The notes beneath the pieces were generated by a model. That model saw nothing but the letters and a program-made list of their open reading frames with translations. It was not told the origin of the DNA and made no database searches. Below are positions 20,440 through 29,169 of a stretch of 64,000 nt of DNA, one piece after another. A program made the translations under genes and the position numbers. Position 1 is the first letter of the stretch; each line of letters begins with the position of its first letter. The DNA is from a bacterium (lineage in GTDB: Bacteria; Patescibacteriota; Minisyncoccia; Phycocordibacterales; Phycocordibacteraceae), in assembly GCA_037200965.1 (NCBI GenBank), contig JBBCGK010000001.1, positions 608,001 through 672,000 on the forward strand, read 5' to 3'.

Positions 20440-21702
20440 TCAGGCCGCAACCGAAAGCCTTTCGGCGACGCGCCTAGGCACGTCGCTGTAGAAGCGCTTC
20501 GGCAGGGATATGCCATCTTTCACGCACCCGTTGTTGAACTTGTTGATCTGGTAGTTCACGCTGCCTTGCCAGATATCAACCAGCGATGCATCCCGCACAT
20601 TCGGATGGACGACGAAGTCGGGTGTGTCGTTTCCGGGGCATCTCCAGACGGCACCATCGTAGTGCAGATAGAGTCCGTGCGTGAGCTGATTGCACGGAGC
20701 GATGCCGATGTAGGATGCGGCGCCTTCATGGTACAGCTGTTCAAGGGTCATGACGCCGCGGGTGATGGCCCAAGTGTAGACGTCGACGGCGAGGTCGAGA
20801 TAGTCGTTCTCGAACTTCTCATCCGCAGCCGACCTCACCAGCTTATGGCCCTTGCCGCTCACCATGGTGGGCGGCATCACAACGGGGATATTTCGTTCGG
20901 TTCCCCACTGATAGAGCTCGAACGCGCCATGTACGTTTTCGCCCGTAACCGGAGCGCAGGCGATCTCGAGGCGCTGATGCAGGAGGTCGCCGTTCATCCC
21001 GAGTCCGCAGAGGCGCTCGATGGCGAGGTTCCGCGCCGCGTGATAGTCGAACCTGATATCGCGGAACTCGCGCAAGTTCTGCGGAATGAAGCGATTTTCA
21101 AGCTCGGGATCGAACGACCGTGCGCCGACGAGGAACGTGGTGTTTGGATATGCCGCAAGACGCCGGGTCAGGTCCTCCGATCCGATCCCGTGATAGTGCC
21201 GCGACAGATGGTCATTGCCCATGATTGCCGCCTTGGTGAAGATACCGGCGATGATGTTCCTTTTCGCCAGCTCATCGAGGATGAAGAAGAGCTTTGAATT
21301 CGCCAGCAGTTCTCCGGGACCGAGAAACTTCATCGACTCGAGCCCGAGCAGTTTCGCCTGGTCGACAACCCGCATGACTTCAGGAAGAGTCATGATCGGA
21401 TTGACCAATTCGGCGTTGTTGAAGCAGCCGGGACAGGCGTGCGGACACGGATAGTTCTTCACGAACGTGTCCTTCGCCTCTTTGGAACCGGGCGCATGCG
21501 CGTTGACCTTGGCCGCAAAACCGGCCTCGGGGATATTGAGATCGAGGGTAAGCATTTTCTTTACGCGCTTGCCTTCAATCTCAACGCTTTCCCCGATACG
21601 GCTTTCAGGGAAGCTCCATTTATACACCATCAATGCGTAGCCGTTCGGGATCTGGCCCTTGGGCGGCAGAATGGGCACAACGGCAGGGAATATGTTTTTC
21701 AT
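20440..21702 (-). CDS. radical SAM protein (CPHACPGC) with a C-terminal Cys-containing region
   Basis: CxxxCxxC motif YPCPHACPGCF; C-terminal cysteines CNQL...WRCPGN...NGC. Confidence 0.65.
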   Translation of the reverse strand: MKNIFPAVVPILPPKGQIPNGYALMVYKWSFPESRIGESVEIEGKRVKKMLTLDLNIPEAGFAAKVNAHAPGSKEAKDTFVKNYPCPHACPGCFNNAELVNPIMTLPEVMRVVDQAKLLGLESMKFLGPGELLANSKLFFILDELAKRNIIAGIFTKAAIMGNDHLSRHYHGIGSEDLTRRLAAYPNTTFLVGARSFDPELENRFIPQNLREFRDIRFDYHAARNLAIERLCGLGMNGDLLHQRLEIACAPVTGENVHGAFELYQWGTERNIPVVMPPTMVSGKGHKLVRSAADEKFENDYLDLAVDVYTWAITRGVMTLEQLYHEGAASYIGIAPCNQLTHGLYLHYDGAVWRCPGNDTPDFVVHPNVRDASLVDIWQGSVNYQINKFNNGCVKDGISLPKRFYSDVPRRVAERLSVAA

Positions 21703-21874
21703 GACGGTAGCCTTTCGGGTTGGGTTGCCTTTCTTTCAAGAAGCTTCGCACTTCTTCCGCAAGTATATTTCTACAAGTCAAGGATGTCAATAGGTCGTAT
21801 GCTAAAATAGGGCTTACTTAAAGCATGTGCACAGTAGTGTGGAACGCGTTTGACACGAATATACCCTATAGAGT

Positions 21875-22678
21875 ATGATTAAACTCATGAAAAAAAGACA
21901 AGAGGACGCGTCAGAAACGCTTCTGTCTTTAGGGCTTTCAAGAAGGGAAGTAGGAGTGTATATCGCGCTTTTAGAGCTTGGACACGGGACGGTCACCCAG
22001 ATATCAAGAAAGGCGGGTATAAATAGGACGACTGGTTACGATATCCTTGATGCGTTAGCGCACAAGAACCTCGCGCGGCTCTCCGGTAAGGAGCCAAAGG
22101 AAGAATACGTGGCTGAATCTCCGGAAAAGCTCGTTACGCTGCTTGATGAGAAGCTGGCAGAGACACAAAAGCAGCTGATCCTTGCGAAGGAATTTCTCCC
22201 GCAACTCAAAGCGATGCATACGGTTCAGGATCGTCCGCAAGTACGGTTCTATGAGGGTGTCGAAGGACTCAAAGAAGTATATGAAGACACTTTGACTTCC
22301 CCGGAACCGATTCGTGCGTACGCCTGTATCGACGACATGCACAAGGCGCTCCCCAACTACTTTCCCGAGTACTATAAACGTCGCGCGCGCAAAGGCATCT
22401 CGATACGCGGCATAGTCCCCGAGACAAAAACGGCGATGGCGCAGGCTGCGTTTAATGCGGAGGAAAAACGCGATATAGCGTTCGTGCCTGCCGATAAGTA
22501 TTACTTCTCTCCGGAAATAAATATTTACGCTAATAAAGTTATGGTGGCATCGTGGCGCGAGAAGCTCGGCATCATCATAGAAAGCGCCGAGATCGCTGAT
22601 GCCATGAAAAAGATATATGAGCTGGCGTGGGCAGAAGCCAAGCGGCTTGATGCGGCGAACTCACCGGTGTCGACATAG
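21875..22678 (+). CDS. TrmB-family HTH transcriptional regulator (paralogue 2)
   Basis: HTH REVGVYIALLELGHGTVTQISRKAGINRTTGYDILDAL. Confidence 0.6.
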   Translation: MIKLMKKRQEDASETLLSLGLSRREVGVYIALLELGHGTVTQISRKAGINRTTGYDILDALAHKNLARLSGKEPKEEYVAESPEKLVTLLDEKLAETQKQLILAKEFLPQLKAMHTVQDRPQVRFYEGVEGLKEVYEDTLTSPEPIRAYACIDDMHKALPNYFPEYYKRRARKGISIRGIVPETKTAMAQAAFNAEEKRDIAFVPADKYYFSPEINIYANKVMVASWREKLGIIIESAEIADAMKKIYELAWAEAKRLDAANSPVST

Positions 22679-22714
22679 GCAACGTCGAAGGAAGGAGCAG
22701 GTTACTATGTATCC

Positions 22715-23854
22715 ATGAAAAGCGTTCGCGATATTCCGGTGCTTGAAAACGTACCGGTATTCGTGCGCTCGTCGCTCAATGTTCCGTTGGTAGATGGAAA
22801 GGTAGCGAACGCGTACCGCATCAAGCACGCGCTTCCCACCATCGAATTCCTCCGGAAAGAGAACGCGCGCATTGTTATCGGAAGCCATATCGGGGAAGCG
22901 GGAACCGAGACGCTCGAGCCCGTATACCTCGCGCTCAAGCAGATGCTCCCCGGCGTCTCGTTCTGCCCGGTCTCTACGGGTCCCCGGGCGCGCGAAGCGG
23001 TGCGGGCGCTTCTGCCGGGCGAAGTTCTCGTGCTTGAGAACCTGCGCAGGAATCGGGGGGAAGTGATGAACGACATGGCGTTTGCCGAAGCGCTTGCCGA
23101 ACTCACGGATGTCTTTGTCGAAGATGCGTTCGATACCTGCCATCGCGAGCACGCATCGATAGTAAGCCTTCCGACGCTCCTGCCTTCGTATGCGGGGCTT
23201 CAGCTCATCGAGGAGATCGCCGAACTCTCGAAGGCGCTCAAACCGAAGGCCCCGTCGCTCGCGGTCATCGGCGGCGCGAAGTTCGGCACCAAGGAGCCCG
23301 TGATCCGCAAGCTTCTCTCCCTCTACACGCACGTGTTTGTGGGCGGCGCGCTTGCGAACGATTTTCTCGCAGCTAAGGGCTATCCCGTGGGAAAGTCGCT
23401 CGTTTCGGGCGGAGATGCCGCCGCTACTAAAGAACTCTTGGTGGATAAGAAACTGGTGCTTCCGCTCGATTCGCTCGTCTGCAAATCCGGCGGCGCGAAA
23501 ACGCCCGGACAGGCACGTATCGCGGGACTTGATGACGTTCAGGAAGACGAAACCATCCTCGATCACGGCCCGAAGACGAATGAAATGCTCGCGAGATTGG
23601 CAGCCGGCGCGAAGACGATTCTCTGGAACGGGCCGCTCGGCCAGTATGAGGCGGGCTTCACGGAAGCGACGGATGCGCTTGCGGTCGCCATCGCCGACTC
23701 AGGCGCGGAGTCATACATCGGGGGAGGAGACACGGAAGCTGCCATCGACTCGCTCGGCCTCAACCGCCGATTCACGTTCATATCGACCGGCGGCGGCGCG
23801 ATGCTTTCGTATCTTGCGAAGGGGACGCTTCCGGGGATTGAGGCGCTGGGCTAG
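22715..23854 (+). CDS. pgk: phosphoglycerate kinase
   Basis: Full-length PGK: N-terminal substrate-binding basic patch, hinge, C-terminal ...STGGGAMLSYLAKGTLPGIEAL. Confidence 0.9.
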   Translation: MKSVRDIPVLENVPVFVRSSLNVPLVDGKVANAYRIKHALPTIEFLRKENARIVIGSHIGEAGTETLEPVYLALKQMLPGVSFCPVSTGPRAREAVRALLPGEVLVLENLRRNRGEVMNDMAFAEALAELTDVFVEDAFDTCHREHASIVSLPTLLPSYAGLQLIEEIAELSKALKPKAPSLAVIGGAKFGTKEPVIRKLLSLYTHVFVGGALANDFLAAKGYPVGKSLVSGGDAAATKELLVDKKLVLPLDSLVCKSGGAKTPGQARIAGLDDVQEDETILDHGPKTNEMLARLAAGAKTILWNGPLGQYEAGFTEATDALAVAIADSGAESYIGGGDTEAAIDSLGLNRRFTFISTGGGAMLSYLAKGTLPGIEALG

Positions 23855-24111
23855 GTTCCGTACAGGTTATGGTGCGTGTCGATGTCCGTGAGGACGATGG
23901 CGTCACCTACCATCTCGTAGATGAGTCGCCAATCGCCGGTCACGTTGATGCTTCGAAAGCCCGTCCATTCTCCCCGCAAGGGATGGTTGTTAAGTAGCGG
24001 GTTTTGAGGATCGGCCATAAACAGCCTAAGGCGCTCGACGAGCGCGCGGCGGATACCAGCCGGTAGGCGCGATACTCGTTTCTCAAACTGTCGTTTGCGG
24101 AGAACCTGCAT
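23851..24111 (-). CDS. RelE/StbE-family toxin (mRNA interferase)
   Basis: 86 aa; its stop overlaps the pgk stop convergently; follows the antitoxin gene on the minus strand. Confidence 0.65.
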   Translation of the reverse strand: MQVLRKRQFEKRVSRLPAGIRRALVERLRLFMADPQNPLLNNHPLRGEWTGFRSINVTGDWRLIYEMVGDAIVLTDIDTHHNLYGT

Positions 24112-24113
24112 GA

Positions 24114-24383
24114 CTATGCGCGTATGGCGCGCGCGAATTCTTCAAGGGACGAAGCGATGAAATGCTCCGGATGTTCGCGGTATTCGCGGCTAAGCGCTTC
24201 CCATTCGCGCAGCTTCTCCGGACGCGGTACAAGCGATACCTCGAACCGCCCGTCGGAAACGAACTGCGCGAGCTGCGCGTTCATAACGGTAGTAAGGGGA
24301 ATGCCGAGCTTCTGCGCGGTGCGCTTCGCGGCATCCCGGAGCTTTTTGTCAGTCTTGATGGTGATAGTTGTTTTCGTATTCAT
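24114..24383 (-). CDS. RelB/DinJ-family antitoxin
   Basis: 89 aa; 2-nt gap to the toxin gene. Confidence 0.6.
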   Translation of the reverse strand: MNTKTTITIKTDKKLRDAAKRTAQKLGIPLTTVMNAQLAQFVSDGRFEVSLVPRPEKLREWEALSREYREHPEHFIASSLEEFARAIRA

Positions 24384-24503
24384 ACCTATATACTACTTTG
24401 GGTATGAGCGTGCTGTCAATCCAATGCAGTTCAAATCTCGTCCGCGAGCCCGCGCACTTCACAAAACCGCCTATCTGGGCGGCTTTGTGTTTAAGAGAAC
24501 GGA

Positions 24504-24890
24504 ATGTTTAAACCAGGTATACTTTTAGTTATGGAAGACTGCATTTTCTGCAAAATAGTGAACCGAGAATCACCTGCCTCGGTAGTGTTTGAAGACGATA
24601 CCTCTATGGTAATTGAACCCATTGATCCTATTTCAAAAGGACATGTACTCGTGCTGCCCAAGAAACATTTTGTGAATATGCTCGATACCGACGACGAGAC
24701 GTTATCTCATCTTGCTGTCGTTTCCAAGAATGTCGGGCACACAGTGCTTGGAAAAAACAACGCTCACTCAATGAACCTTCTCCATGCCGCTGGGATGGAG
24801 GCGCAGCAATCCGTATTCCATCTCCACTTCCATATCGTGCCACGGTATGAGAATGATGGGCTGGATCTCTGGTTTAGGAACAGTCTCTAG
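24504..24890 (+). CDS. HIT-family hydrolase (paralogue A)
   Basis: Histidine triad HLHFHIVP; N-terminus MEDCIFCKIV shared with the HIT at 32203..32559. Start may be 24531. Confidence 0.7.
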   Translation: MFKPGILLVMEDCIFCKIVNRESPASVVFEDDTSMVIEPIDPISKGHVLVLPKKHFVNMLDTDDETLSHLAVVSKNVGHTVLGKNNAHSMNLLHAAGMEAQQSVFHLHFHIVPRYENDGLDLWFRNSL

Positions 24891-24991
24891 GATTAGAGAG
24901 GATACTGGAATCGAACCATTCTCTCAGAAAGCACAGTAAGCTGAGCTAACACAATTTCGGTATAAGAATATAGCCCCTACACTCTCTTATC

Positions 24992-25504
24992 TTGGTTCCA
25001 ACAGCGTCTACGAGCTCGCGCACTCTGGACGATAGTGGAACTGCTATAGTTCCTGATATGGAAATTCCACAGATTAAGATGATTTACGCTTATCCGTTAG
25101 ACGAGGACAGGCGACGGTTTTTCTCTCAACAAAACTTAGGCCGGTATCCCTCCGTTGAAGAGGTCAGGGATACGACTTCTCACTGGAGAAATGTATGGAA
25201 TGAAACCAATAGAGACAACAGGATCGTCTTAACGTTACAAGAGTTAACGAAGAGAGTGCCAACGCGGAGCTTAGAGTGTTTCATTATCGGAGGAGGCATT
25301 AAAGCCATGTCTACCCCCTTCATTATTTCAGTCAGAAAAAGAAATGGGGAAGAGCGCTCAGATCAAGACTTCATCGAGACGCTAATTCACGAAGCAGCGC
25401 ATATTTTCGTATCAGACGTTCCGGCCTACTTCGACTCTCTTCGCGAGAAATATTCCGGGAGCCGCTATCTGCCCGGAATCATATACTCATTTACGCGCTA
25501 TTAG
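24992..25504 (+). CDS. hypothetical protein with HExxH motif (possible small metallopeptidase)
   Basis: LIHEAAHIF motif; AT-rich codon usage unlike the core genes. Confidence 0.3.
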   Translation: MVPTASTSSRTLDDSGTAIVPDMEIPQIKMIYAYPLDEDRRRFFSQQNLGRYPSVEEVRDTTSHWRNVWNETNRDNRIVLTLQELTKRVPTRSLECFIIGGGIKAMSTPFIISVRKRNGEERSDQDFIETLIHEAAHIFVSDVPAYFDSLREKYSGSRYLPGIIYSFTRY

Positions 25505-25690
25505 AGAAACTATACTTAGACCTATTTAATTCTCGCCCAAGTGACTTTGCTAACAGTGACCTGCCGGACAGTTATATCCGAGCGATAGAAATCGTTAAGC
25601 AAGAGGGTTACGAAAAGCTGATTGAAGAATACCAGTCCTTCGTGTAGTAGTTCCGAGGTTGTCCGTAAGGTCGCGACCCTCCCATCTGTT

Positions 25691-25770
25691 TCACAAATAT
25701 GCCCGAATCTTCCCCGCATTCCCCTCGAAATCCATTTTGTCCCCTTCCGCTTGGCCTGGGAATATCCAGA
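25691..25770 (-). pseudogene. 3'-terminal fragment (26 codons) of a HIT gene
   Basis: ~93% DNA identity to 32203-32275; translates IWIFPGQAEGDKMDFEGNAGKIRAYL* versus VWIFPGQAEGDKMDFEGNAERIRARL*. Confidence 0.7.
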
Positions 25771-25775
25771 TATTC

Positions 25776-25848
25776 AATCGGTGGCAACGCGGTAGTAGCG
25801 TATCTTGCATGGGAAACGCTTCCGGGGACTGAGGCGCTGGAATCCTAG
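25776..25848 (+). pseudogene. diverged 3'-terminal fragment of a pgk gene
   Basis: Translates ...SIGGNAVVAYLAWETLPGTEALES* versus the pgk C-terminus ISTGGGAMLSYLAKGTLPGIEALG*; ~75% DNA identity. Confidence 0.6.
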
Positions 25849-26615
25849 AGAGCCTTCCACATAAAGGCATGCATATTTTTAAACAGATTAGCGATATCCT
25901 TGTTTTCGATAACAACCGCAGATAAGTCCCGGAGACTTATAAGCGCGACCTTTTCGTTGAAAACAAGAACGTCGACATTGGACGTAAACCATTCGGGGAG
26001 CCGTTTGTCTGATTTATTTTCATATCCGTTCTTCTCGCGCAGAGCTCGCAGTTTTTTGTAGGTTTTAGCGCTTGCGATAAACAAATCCTTCGCCTTAAAC
26101 GCGTGATCGCTATTTGTCTTGTCGAAATCGCCGTATTCTGCTTCGGTGAAGTTTTCGAAGAAAATATCGGCGGGGAAGATGGAATACGTATCGCCGAGCG
26201 TTTTAAACAGTTCCTCGTAAATATTCTTGATCGCACGCTTTCCTTCGAAGAAGCCGACCTTGGGCTTGTTCGTCGCGCGTTCATATATCTTGCTCATGAC
26301 GGCGGCAGTCGAGTCGAATGCTAGAAGCTCCTTCCTAAGATTTGCGGCGACGGTCTTCGGATCGACTGCCGCGTACAGCGTGCGCTTGCCGATAGGTATC
26401 CGAGTAATGAAACCCTTTTTGAGCAGAAGATCCAGATATTCGTAGCAGGTAGCGCGCCGCACGTCCGCTTGGCGGACTATATCCGCGACTCCCATGCGGC
26501 TTTTCCCGAGAAGCGACACGTAAATCACCGCAGCCTTATCCGGCAAACCGATTCGTTCCAACTCCTTTATGAACGGGATATGTTCCATAAGTTCATATAA
26601 GCTGACTTGGAACAA
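25845..26615 (-). CDS. TrmB-family HTH transcriptional regulator (paralogue 3)
   Basis: HTH KAAVIYVSLLGKSRMGVADIVRQADVRRATCYEYLDLL. Confidence 0.6.
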   Translation of the reverse strand: MFQVSLYELMEHIPFIKELERIGLPDKAAVIYVSLLGKSRMGVADIVRQADVRRATCYEYLDLLLKKGFITRIPIGKRTLYAAVDPKTVAANLRKELLAFDSTAAVMSKIYERATNKPKVGFFEGKRAIKNIYEELFKTLGDTYSIFPADIFFENFTEAEYGDFDKTNSDHAFKAKDLFIASAKTYKKLRALREKNGYENKSDKRLPEWFTSNVDVLVFNEKVALISLRDLSAVVIENKDIANLFKNMHAFMWKAL

Positions 26616-26720
26616 ATGTCAACGAAAGCGACATATTTTACCAGTACCCTCTAAACCACCCTTCACTTTATAAGTCTATTAATAAATATAAGCGTTATTC
26701 CAGACACAAGTACCCATTTA

Positions 26721-27245
26721 TTGAATACTGGGCGGGCTGGTATGGCGCTAAAATCAAAGACAACTCTGCAAACCAAACGCGGCATTTTCGAAGTCGGATA
26801 TTACGTTGTAGACGGGAATCCTTATGTTTCTTTCCGCTACGGGGATGTTTCCCAGGGCAGACCAATAGTGCGATTACAGTCGGCTTGCCTTTTCGGGGAG
26901 GCTTTCGGTTCGCTTGAGTGCGAGTGTGGCGCGCAACTTGCCAAGGCTCTGGACGCCATTGTTAGCCGCGGGGCGGGTCTTGTGCTCTATGCCTATGCGG
27001 AAGGTCGTGGCGCAGGGCTTGAGAAAAAGATAGAAGCTATGGAGATTCAAAGGACGACCGGATGCAATACAGTCGAAGCTTTTGACTCGCTTGGTCTTGA
27101 GAAGTCCGACTACCGGGATTATCAGGCTGAGGTGAACATCCTCACCGAGTTAGGCACAAGCCTCCATATCTGCTTGTTTTCGAAAAATCCAGCTCGATAT
27201 CAAGCGCTCAAAGACGCAGGCTTCGATGTAGATCCATATGAGTAG
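26721..27245 (+). CDS. GTP cyclohydrolase II-like protein (RibA/ToxB-like)
   Basis: Zinc-ligand motif RLQSACLFGEAFGSLECECGAQL with the three conserved Cys; ...YAEGRGAGL... matches the GCH II core. Start may be ATG 26742. Confidence 0.7.
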   Translation: MNTGRAGMALKSKTTLQTKRGIFEVGYYVVDGNPYVSFRYGDVSQGRPIVRLQSACLFGEAFGSLECECGAQLAKALDAIVSRGAGLVLYAYAEGRGAGLEKKIEAMEIQRTTGCNTVEAFDSLGLEKSDYRDYQAEVNILTELGTSLHICLFSKNPARYQALKDAGFDVDPYE

Positions 27246-28140
27246 CTCGTCTGAGCTTATGTATCGTTGGCTTCGCGTATCTCCTACCGGAGACGGATAT
27301 ATCGAGCCCGATTATTACGATCAGCTTCTCAGAAAGTATATCTTTGATGGTAAAGAGGATACCGAGTACTTCCGAGAACATCTTGCAAAAGCACCTTCTC
27401 ATTCAGCATTTCTTGAGCTTGGCCCCGGGACCGGACGAGCGACAAATATACTATTCGCATCGGTTCCGGACATACATTCGCTTACGCTCGTTGATTTAAG
27501 CAGCCGTATGCTTAGTAGCTGCAAACAAGTTTTCACCCGCAAAGAATGCATTTCTTATGTCGTTTCCGATTCCATAGATTTCCTGTTGTCAGTGCAGTCG
27601 TCGTACGACTATATCTATAGCCTGTGGAGTCTTTCTCACTCCATACACAAGAATCTTGAAGACTTGGGAAAAGAAGACGGAAAAGCAAAAGTACGAGAGG
27701 CGCTCTTAAAAATGGTACGGGAGAATCTCAACCGGAACGGCTCTTTATTCCTGATACATTTCGATTCTTCCTCTCCCGAGCAGGAAATATCTATTCGGCA
27801 AAGGCGGCGCGATTCCCGTGACCGGAAATTGTTTGCAGATGTCTCCAAACAAAGTCCCTCTAAGGAAATACTCGACGAGTGCCTTGAAGAATTAAGGCGC
27901 TCGGGTGAGATCTGTTTTGAATGTGAGAGGCATGTAGGTACAGCGCTCGAATTCAGTTCGCTCGACGAAGCGCTCGAGTATTATCTTAATTTCCATATGG
28001 CTTCGTATTTCAATACCTCAAGTTCGATCGACGACATCTTGAAGGAGCTTTCTCAGGATTTACTGGAACACCAAGGGAGTGATGGAAAGATACGGATCGT
28101 TCCCGGTTGCTTCATCTACAAAGCAAGTAAGCCTGGTTAA
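27238..28140 (+). CDS. class I SAM-dependent methyltransferase
   Basis: Motif I LELGPGTGRAT; its ATG overlaps the stop of the GCH II-like gene by 8 nt. Confidence 0.65.
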   Translation: MSSSSELMYRWLRVSPTGDGYIEPDYYDQLLRKYIFDGKEDTEYFREHLAKAPSHSAFLELGPGTGRATNILFASVPDIHSLTLVDLSSRMLSSCKQVFTRKECISYVVSDSIDFLLSVQSSYDYIYSLWSLSHSIHKNLEDLGKEDGKAKVREALLKMVRENLNRNGSLFLIHFDSSSPEQEISIRQRRRDSRDRKLFADVSKQSPSKEILDECLEELRRSGEICFECERHVGTALEFSSLDEALEYYLNFHMASYFNTSSSIDDILKELSQDLLEHQGSDGKIRIVPGCFIYKASKPG

Positions 28141-28176
28141 ATGTTGGTTGCCAGAAAGCTCCCTATATAAAAATCA

Positions 28177-28998
28177 CTAAGATACTTGGCTATTCATCAG
28201 ATCGCGCAAAAGCTCGTTCGCATCTATAAGCTGCGAATGCTCCTGCATAAATTCAAAGGCGGAAAGAATCATTTTTTGTATCTCCGAGTTCTTGACTTCG
28301 ACAATCAATCCTTCGCTTAAGGAGAAGAGATATAAGGAATCCTTAAATATCCAGCACTGGCCGCCATGCCTGAAGTACTTTGGATCAATAACATTGACTC
28401 TCGCGGTGCGTCCTTCGAAATCTTTCACCCATTGTATTCCTAGAGAACGCGCTTGTTCCTCAAGCCACCCGATTGGCAAGACAGCTTCGGTAATCGTACG
28501 GCCCTTCTTTATATCGCGGTTTATTCGGTTTGTTTCGGAAACGGTGAACAGGGTATTCCAACTCTTGGTCGCGCGGTCACCTTGGAAGCCCCAGAAGAAC
28601 CGTTGGTTCTTGTTCGCTTCAAAGAGCTCAAGCATGACCTTCCTAATTGCTTCTTTTCCCCGATAGATACATACCGTTGAGTCAGCGCGACCGTGAACCT
28701 GTTGGTTTCCTTCGGGTATTTGCAGCAAGAAACGCTTGAAATCGTATAGTGCCTGATCAATAGTATCTCCGCTATGCAATTGCCACCGCTTGCGTCCTTT
28801 GGCGATGCGCGAAACGGCCAGCCCTCGTTTATGCAGATTCGCCAAAATCGCATAAATGGCAGAGCGGGAGATTCCCGTCTGGCGAGTCAGCTTTAAGGGC
28901 GTATCCGCACCGTCGCGAAGCGCCAAGAGAATCTTCCTTTCCTTGATTGAGAGGCCGAGTATTCGCAGATCATCGTGAAGTGCCATACGGCAAAACAT
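28177..28998 (-). CDS. TrmB-family HTH transcriptional regulator (paralogue 4)
   Basis: HTH KERKILLALRDGADTPLKLTRQTGISRSAIYAILANL. Confidence 0.55.
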   Translation of the reverse strand: MFCRMALHDDLRILGLSIKERKILLALRDGADTPLKLTRQTGISRSAIYAILANLHKRGLAVSRIAKGRKRWQLHSGDTIDQALYDFKRFLLQIPEGNQQVHGRADSTVCIYRGKEAIRKVMLELFEANKNQRFFWGFQGDRATKSWNTLFTVSETNRINRDIKKGRTITEAVLPIGWLEEQARSLGIQWVKDFEGRTARVNVIDPKYFRHGGQCWIFKDSLYLFSLSEGLIVEVKNSEIQKMILSAFEFMQEHSQLIDANELLRDLMNSQVS

Positions 28999-29169
28999 AG
29001 CAAAAGGTATATAACCTGTCCACTTTCTTAGACAGATATATAAAGCATAAAAACCCTTATATACAGCTTATTTCCAGTATTACTCAACTTAGAGAATACC
29101 TTACTATACTGTCAATGTCTTTAGGATCATTCTTATAGAGGGAACTAGAACTTTATATGGGAGACCGCT

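Noticed and set aside
24893-24990. tRNA-like T-arm motif GGTTCGATTCC (minus strand, 24917-24927) in the gap between the HIT gene and the next ORF
   Set aside because: No acceptor/D/anticodon cloverleaf could be built around it on either strand. It is possibly a tRNA-3'-end remnant (att-site debris) but not a callable tRNA.
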